A stretch of DNA of 59,334 bases, the filler included, from Catajapyx aquilonaris (lineage: Eukaryota): NCBI GenBank assembly GCA_000934665.2. It is 2 parts of 2 records of this genome, joined end to end, with 100 filler letters (N's around TTAATTAATTAA, not from the genome) between each part and the next. Parts side by side here need not be neighbours in the genome. Positions count along the whole stretch, not along the records: positions 29,825 to 59,334 come from JYFJ02004782.1; 1 more part is not named here. One strand, written 5' to 3'. Shown piece by piece: positions 50,801-59,334 of the stretch (its first letter is position 1; each line of letters begins with the position of its first letter). The notes beneath the pieces were generated by a model. That model made no database searches. It saw only the letters and a program-made list of their open reading frames with translations, and was not told where the DNA came from. Both the position numbers and the translations under genes were made by a program.

Positions 50801-53800
50801 CGTATTCATTGTTACAGAAACGCGCGTTTAGTCGGCGCAATCGCGACTACTGCTTGAATGCGGTCGGAAAGTGAGCATTTGCCGGCGGTGCTGACACAAC
50901 CGCCTTATCTGGTGCTGTTGTACGAGTCAGACAACAAGAGGTCTGGATGTAAACCGCGCTCTTCTGTGATATCAAACAGGCCTAGAAATAATAATTGAAT
51001 GTTTGCAGAATCTGGCTGGGCTGGAGCTCTGGGTTTCCCTGCGCAGTTCGATTTATGAGAAGGCAAAGTTATTTCGCAACCAAAGCACCACGCTCGGGCG
51101 CCATACAAATGTCGTGTCATGTGTCCGTCAGCATCAGGAGAGCACTTCTCACATCGATTTCTACCAAACTCTTTGGCATTTATTCCCCACCGCCTGCTGC
51201 CGATGCTGGTTTCGCCACAGCACTGGCATGAATCCCGAAGCAGCCGCACGTGTCTGCGACTCCTCACCTCCGCCATTTTTCATACCCTTCCCCATGCCAG
51301 GACCATTCATTCACTTCACATGGATTCTAGACTCAAATCCAGCTGCGGCCTCCCCTAATTAGTCAGCCGCAATCGCTGAACCTGCCTCATATCTCGAATG
51401 ATTAGGCTGAAAAATTTCCTGCGACACCTTGTATCGGGAGGGATGCTCCAGGTACATGGGAATCTGAGCGTGCTATACGACAACCATGGTCGAAGTTTCG
51501 ACAGTGCCCCAGCAAATCGTTAGTTCACCAGACGCGAGGTCCAATCATGGCCGATACATACCTCCCCCTAAAAATGCTCGCAGAATAAAAATCAGGATTA
51601 ATCCGTGCTGCATGAGGGCGCAGCCAGCGGCTAATGGATTCCACTCTCCCAATGCTATCTCCTGCTCTTTGTTCCGCTGCTGCTGCTGCCATTTCCTAAT
51701 CTCCGTCCCCAAGACACAGCTCCCCCCCCCCTCTCTTCCACCCCCTTAGAACCTCCTCCAATCCCTTACATCCCATGCCACTCTCATTCATCTCGACCTG
51801 CATTAAATTCTCGCTTGAAAGGCAAATCTATCTCCAGCTCCAAGCCTGCCAACAGCCCAATTATTAGCGAGCTTTTTTTTCTCGCTTCTTTATTTATTCC
51901 GCCTGCTTCTTTTTCCCCTTTTCCCCCCGACTTTTGATCTGAGTGAATAGGGTTTTCCTTTCTTTTTACTCTGGCACTCGGAAGAGTGGAATTATTTCGG
52001 CGTAAATGATGATGCTCCATTTCTTCTATCGCAGGTGATCTGATCATTCCATCTTTATGAAAGCCAGCCTGCACTCGACTCATCCGGGATACGTTTACAG
52101 TGAGTATTGTCAGATTTGAGACTAGCCTCTACTTAGGCTCCTACACGAGTAGTCGCAACCACCGGACATCCACGCCATCTGTCATCAAAACTCCCATCTA
52201 GTGACTGCATGTTACAGCCTTTTCCCATTGAAATCGGCAAAAAAAAAAAAGTTCTCACTAAGTTATTGCAGAATTGATCTTGCGAATAGTCTTTCTGCAT
52301 CGTCGATCTGCGAGCAATTAGATGAAAAGTGGTTTAATTATTATAATGGGTTTACACTGATTATGGGGCGAATTTTCAAGCGAGAGAATCTTCCTACAAA
52401 CGCGTACTATTCCACTCAATGGCGTAACTCATTTTACGCATGTAATGTCATTATCTCGCTTTCATTGTAATTGCAATTTGCTGAAATTAGCTATAAGCAA
52501 AGAATGTTTTATGCAATATAATCAGGCAGTGGTGTATTCTAAACATGGAAAATGTGAATGGAGCCATTGTTTATTTAAGCGCGTCGCTTATTTTTGTACT
52601 AAATTATGTGCTGCGAATGTACATTTTATTTTAAGAGACTAGCATAGAAGTCCATTAGTTTCGTGACCTATTTCGTTTATTTGTGCTAGTGCATTTATAG
52701 CCATCACGATTGATACCTTGTAAACGAATCAGCAGTCGTACACGGGGTATAACATAAATAATTCTTTTCCTATGCACATTTAAACAGTTTGTCTTGAAAC
52801 TTTAACGAAGGCCCTGTACTTGTCAAACGAATCACTTACATCCGAACAATTTCGCACAATTACCTAATAAAACATGCACTCCAGTGTAGGCCCCGTGAGG
52901 CCGAATGCCATACAACTGGTGGGTAGTAAAACGTCACGAGTGAACATGTGCAAACATGAGCAGACCTGAATATTCCTCAAATATTCATAAAAGTCCGAAG
53001 TAGATTCAGTTTGTAGGTGTAATGGAGCAGACCTTCTCTAAATATGCATAACAAACGGCACAGTGATTTCAACAGAGAGGAATCGCGATTCATGCCGGTT
53101 CCTGCCCACACTCGATGAATACGGAATTGTGCCTTTTTATTAAAGGAATGTAGCACGTCCGTCAACAACTTGGCTGACTCCATGTGGACTGTACAGGGTG
53201 ATTCAATATGATAGAAACATGCCTTACATAACTGAATGAATAGCACCCATCGACTACTCTAACTGAGGCATGATCCCCACCTCACATGAGTTGGTGTCGT
53301 ATAGTCGGCCCAGGAAATGACTGCACCTGCTGCACGGGATTTCTGGAATTTTAGGCAAATGGAACCATACCCAAAATATTTCCCACCTGGGATCTATAGA
53401 TTTCTCCAGGGTAAACATAAGGGACGTGGCGAGGTTGGGGGTCAGAAAATTGCAAACACCTCACATGGCCTTGCAGTCTTTTTCTGGGCCGCCTATATAG
53501 TGACTTTCGCTCCCACTTGAAGTCGTTTTCACTCAAGAATTTTGAACAAGTTCAAAATTTCTATGCAGGAAGCACGCAAAAATTCCCATCATGGGCACCA
53601 TAGCCTTTTGCTATTTTCTTATCAGGATCCAGCCCCGGAGCCCGCATTTAGTTGAGCAAAAAACTGATAGGGAGCGTGACTCCTTCACAAGCCATCATCT
53701 GGACAGAAGGAATGGAGAAAGGAAGTCTGGATAAGAGACTTTGTCCTTCCTTCCCATGTCTCTCCCTCTTCCTCCTTTTGTTTCATCACCCCCTGGGAAA

Positions 53801-56800
53801 ATGACGGCGCCGAACATCTCTCTGGAACGACCCCATTCTCCTGTATTCCCCCAGGGAACACCGGATGATTATCAATGTGGCCACTTGTCATTTCGGCACC
53901 TAATCTGGAGAGCACTTCCTACTCTCTTTGGATCCTTTTTTTGCTGGGGACTCACTGACAGTTACTGATTGCGCTGGAGAGGGTTCCTGCAAAGGGTTCC
54001 CTTACCTGCTGCTTGATGATGGTCGGAACATAGGGCGCAATTTGCTGTGGTTAAATTGGCCTTGTCGCCTGGCCTGATCTTGCAAGGGGCGGGTTGGCTG
54101 AAATGCCTGGAAGGGTCGGCTTATCAACTGACTACTGATTGGATGAGAGGGGTTATCAGTGTCTGGTTGGTTAAAAGCATTCTGGCTGCTTACTGGTTAA
54201 AAGGGGGGTTTAGATTGGGTGAAAGCTGCTGATTGGTTAAGAGAGTAGGACAGACTTCTTATTGGTGGAAATATGCATGGGTTCAGATTCGTTTGTTGAA
54301 ATGACCTGACCATTGGTGAACCGGTTCAAGACTCTCAGTAGATTGATTAGCTGAGTAGCAATTGCAGTTACAGTGCAGTGTAGTTGGGCCTGCACACAGT
54401 TGAACATGTGTGAGTGTGAGAGCATTGGCGCAGGTTGGTGCATGCAGTGAGTGTGTGTGTGTGTGGGACCGTGTGGATGGGGCGTACAATAAAAGCCGGG
54501 GCCTGGAGTCGTGTAAGCAGCATTTTGTGCCCTGGGACCCCCGCTTGCTTAGTGCCGTTTTAGTGGGGAGTTAGGGCGTTGATAATGTCCTGAGTTATAG
54601 GCCCGGGCCCGGGCTTATCTCATGTATTCATGAGAGCCCAACACTTCCTAATCTCGGCCCTCGTAAACTTGTATTATGATATTCTGTTAAGTTATTGTAT
54701 CCCTTCACAAGAAGGCTAATTTTCAAAGCTTAATTAATAGCTGGAATTCCTCACTCGGAGACCGTTAACCGGCACAAATATTCATCGCCTGGCGTGGACG
54801 AGATGCACTCAAATTTTACGGCGCAGATCGCGTTTCACTTTGCAGTACAGACAAGCCCGTTAATTAATCAGGGGGTGCCTTACTCTTTTTATTTATTATT
54901 ATTTTTAGAGCACGGTCATGCTCCCGGGGCCGAAGGTATGCACCCTGCTTTCCCTCTCTGGGCAACCCCCATATAATGATCATAAAGGGGGAGATATGGA
55001 CCACAAAAAACGGGGACCCACTTTTTAATGAGTCTTGACCTTATCATCAAGCTTAATGACACCTTATATTCATTTCACTCCGCACTTTCAATTTGGCCAT
55101 AATTCATTCCCAGAGCTTATAAGTTATAGTCCTCCCCCAAAAGCATCCGAAAAAGTAACATAGTCACCTTGATTAAATGGCGATCGTAAATATTTAATGA
55201 ATATAACTATGTCATTTTTGGGTGAATGATTATGGGCGATTTGAACTTTTTAAAGTACAGTCGTTACTTTATCATATCCTGAGCCTTGGGGCAGGCGGTA
55301 AAAGGCCCGATACTGCGCTACCTTAGCTATACCACCGGACCAGGACCTATCTGGACCGACTGTGCCTGGTCCTGGTCCGATGCTGCGATACCGCTTCCCA
55401 CCCCCTGTTCTCCCTCCCAGGCGGCGCGTGAAATGGGGTAATCGGGTTAGTGCGTTTTGTTTGAAGCGAGTCCAGCGCCGGAAGCAGATGAATAGTCCCG
55501 CTGCCACGGCCAGCCCTTTGAAGTCCAGGTCCGAGCTGCTACCCTGACGCGGACAGGAGTGGGTCCTATACCCCCCAACACCCTGCTTTTTTGTCGCCTC
55601 AACATCTACGGTGGGTCCACTGGAATTTACCCAGAAAAAAAAATGTAGAGCGGTGACTCTGCATAGTGCGTGGATGTACTGGGTGCATCGGTGTGTGTCT
55701 CCATGAGCCTGGCGACGAAGAGTGGTTCCTTTGGGCTGGTAGCAACTGCGGTTTTCCTCCGGCGGAATTGGCGGAGTTGGCCGCTGAATTATGAATCGAG
55801 CCGGGTGCAACTGCTCCAATAAGCTGGCCTTGTGCACGGGCCCCGGCGCGCATAAATTACCCAGTGTAGCATGCAGTGCTAATTACACTCGGCGCACCTC
55901 ATCTCACGCCTATTCCCGACCTATCCTGTGTGCCAAACCCCTCCTTCCTTTACGACCAGCCTGCATGTGCAACCCTTTGCACGATTATAGTATTAATCCA
56001 TCAAGCCCAAGGCATCTGATACTAGCATTGCCAGATAATCGGCACGATGTTTGAATGTACCCACTCGGAATACTTGTACGCTGCCGGATGGTGATTGATG
56101 CTTTCAGTTACGCATTATATTAACGGAGGTATTGTTATGACTAGTAGGGTGAAGCAGGTTGAAAATTAGCAGGAGGTAGTAATGAACCTGTCTGGCGCTA
56201 TGCAACCATCAATACGCACCTGACCGCATCCTTTTAAAAATATACAGTAGAACATCATTAGCATTCCGGTCAAGTTCAGTGATAATTATTATTTATCCCC
56301 TAAATTAATGCTCGTCTAAAACTTCATTTGGTTGTCCGAAACTTCATCTGGAAACAAATTGTGTATTCAAAAAGCTCTGTTGTGTGGCAAACATGAGCTA
56401 TCCCTTGAAAAGTATGCAAAATTATGCACAGTGAAATCTGGATCTGGGAAAGCACTATGCAAATTATTAGGACAATCCTAACTCATTATAAAAGTTAACT
56501 TGACGAGCTTGTAAATTCATTCTTATAATTAGATTGGTTACATTCCCAAGACGCTTTCCATCCATTTTCGTTAAACATAAATTACGCTGACAGCAGTCTT
56601 CTCTCTGACAAGAAAGAAACTTGGTGCACTGTAACTCTTATAGAGGCAATATATTTATACGTTTTCCTTTATGCCTAACCATCTGCAATATTCCTACAGT
56701 ACACCGCAACATTTGCACCCAACGTCATTGAATTTAACCGCTATTTGTCTGTCATTAAGTAATATGAAATTAAAGAGGATAGACAGTTTCATATTTCTGA

Positions 56801-57626
56801 GCAGTGTTATGGCTATGAGTCGATCAGGTTTTATCCATATTGAAATGCGTACGTTGTCCATTGGCTGTTTTTCTTTTTAATTCCATACCGCTATGGCCCG
56901 TGTGAGGAGAAAGCGATGAAGTTTTAGCTAGAAAGTTCAGGTCCCGTAGACGGAATTAAACTTTATTGGAATGGAAGGCTTTCATTTGCACTGCTAGCAC
57001 AAGTAAAATATAATTGATTCTCAGGACCACCCTGGGCCTTTTCCTCCCCATTCTCACCTCCCCAATCCCCCCCTGCCATTCCCTTTTACCAGCCAAAGTG
57101 CCATTTTTTTTATATATAAAATTGGGCTCTTGAAAAGCTCGGGCTGGAATTTCCAAGTCCTGATTATGCTTATTCAAACAGGCTTGTCGAGGAAACACTG
57201 GATTCAGAATTAGAATAAATGGATGCTTCTCCATAAAAGACGAGCACAAAATTCGCTTGAGCCAAATGGAAACGAGGCCGCAGACCCTCCCCAAACCCTC
57301 CTCCCCCCCTTTCCATCCTACCCCACCCCTCACTTGTTTTCATTACAAAAGTGCGCCTAAGCCCGGTTAGTCTCTGCATTCATTCCCTCAGAACATGGCC
57401 GGAGGAAATTAAAAAAAAAGGGGGGGGGGGGGGAAAGCGAAAAATGGTGAAAGCAGTTGTGTGGATGCCGTAATTGTAAGTGGAGCTTGGTCCTTGGCCC
57501 TAAGCCCAACAAGGGTGTCGACCGGCTACTTCCCGAAGAATTACTGAGCTCTTTTTGTCCCTCAGTGTCCGCGACTTCCAGGTAAGCCTCATTCCGCAAG
57601 AGGCGCTGCCAGTAAGTAGGATTGAC

Positions 57627-57662
57627 AGGAACCACATGCACGTATACGTGCATGTGGTTCCT
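57627..57662. repeat. Perfect 36-bp palindrome
   Basis: aggaaccacatgcacgta|tacgtgcatgtggttcct. Confidence 0.92.
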
Positions 57663-59334
57663 ATACAAACGTCATATTTGAAAATGAATATTTTGAATTC
57701 AATCATGGCTTTGGGTTCTCGAGGTGCAGGTCTGGTTGGCGGAAAGGAGTGTTGAAAGTGCAGATGGGGGAAGAGGTGTGGAGAGGGCAATGGTAGTGCT
57801 GAAGAGTCGGGAGGAGCAGTCATCAGTATTCCGGTGGGGCGTGTGTTTACAATGGAAAGAGTGTGACGTGACTGGCTGTCGCTCATTTGGGCCGCAAAGT
57901 GGGCCCGTGCAAAATTCCTCCCGCCTCTCCCCTCTCTACTCCCATCCACCCCCTCTCCCCGCTTCTCCAGAGATTGATGAGTTGGCGCAAAACTTCCCGG
58001 GCCGTCAGAAATTGGGCGTCGCAGCGAAACAAATGGGTTTCTCCTCCGACTCCCACTGCATTTGGCTCGCCTTTACGGCCTCTGCGACTGACTTGTTTGC
58101 TTAAACAGGGTTCTCTCTCCTCTTACAAAAAGAGCGTGGTCCTACTCATTTCTTGCTGCAACCTCCCCCCCCCCCCACCTCCCCTAGACCGTACCCAAAA
58201 AAATGGGATGCGCAGATATTTATTTTGAGCTGAGATTTATTTTATTGCTCGTGGAAATGTCACTCGTTATTTTGAATCACAGTTGGGCGCCATTGTGAGG
58301 GCTCATGACCCCGCAACCTGCAGCCAGACCGTTTCACGACTCTACAAAAGCGCCCCCACCAGACGCCACTGCCCTCTAGTGAGGACAAAAAAAGTTTAAC
58401 AAAATATAATTCAGGCACAGGCTATCTGGGTTATGTGGGAAGAATCTAGTTGACCCTCATGATCGTGAGAGGACTTCTTGCAGGAATTTTATTCATTACC
58501 TAGGGATGGTGGGGGTGGTTTTTGATATCAGTAGCTGCTAGCTAGAGGTTGGCTGCTGCTGGAAAATTCTATTTCCGGTGGCTTCCATGGCCATCTCATC
58601 GGGAGCCATGAGCTGGCTGGGTTGGGCTCCCCCCTTCCCCTGTGCCCATTAATAAAACAGCGAGCAGCCAAATAAATAACAAGTGATGGCGGGGCCACCA
58701 GGAAAGGAGAGACCGCAAATGCCATTTTTTCACTTGTTTTTTCTCTCTCTCTCTCTCTCTCTCATCCGCATTTCTGGAATTTCCCACTGGCTCTTTTCAG
58801 AAGATCTTGGCTGTTTGACATCATGTAAAATGTAGCCATGCACCTAATATGAGTTTCCAAACCATGCACCGTGGACATCACACATGTCCAGGTGTCGCTT
58901 TCCCACAATTCTCAGCACTTGGCCGCTCCTGACATATGACAAGCTCTGACGTTATGGAAATAAATAGGGCTGTTGATTTACAATCCCCTGCCAAAAGCAC
59001 GATCGATCATAAAGTAACGGCTAAAACTAATCAGTAAAAAAAATTTGGTATGAAAACAGCTTCTGCAGTATATAGCTTAAGAGGCGCTCTCTAGAAAATA
59101 ATAGCAGCGATCGCGATTCGAGCGAGATGAGCCCCTGTTGGTTGTGCTCAGGACAAAAGCTGGTCTGGAGCAACGGAGACGCCTCCCATTCTTGCTCAGA
59201 TACAATAACACTGTCGATGAGGATGGTGCGCCAAGAAGTACCACCTAGTGTACTGTTGAGGCCGGCTGGAGACGAGACCCAGCACTCTGCCTCTAGGTAT
59301 ATAGAGGGAGAGACTTCCATACAACATAGCCCTA

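Overview
Eukaryotic (animal, probably arthropod by Orai C-terminal similarity) genomic DNA. It consists of two segments joined by an artificial 100-nt spacer (N44-TTAATTAATTAA-N44, 29725-29824). The left segment carries two convergent spliced genes. The first is a 7-coding-exon acid sphingomyelinase-like phosphodiesterase (SMPDL3 family, + strand, 7754-23590, 482 aa) with an N-terminal signal peptide and a C-terminal GPI signal. The second is an Orai/CRAC Ca2+ channel subunit (- strand, stop at 24844, 5' end uncertain). Both proteins carry substitutions at normally conserved functional positions: GNH->GDL in the phosphoesterase active site, and L81R, ASS->TID and D110N-equivalent changes in Orai. 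I recognise no protein-coding gene in the right 29.5 kb. Non-coding DNA contains two copies of a non-autonomous Helitron, several MITEs (three with 8-bp TSDs), microsatellites and perfect palindromes. It also holds a nested inverted-repeat structure in an SMPDL3 intron, many (often paired) CTCF-like motifs and a CCAAT-box array. A small tRNA-like/PBS module at ~35.5 kb resembles a tRNA-bearing mini-LTR. Most short ORFs in the track look spurious. All calls are by eye; no searches were run.
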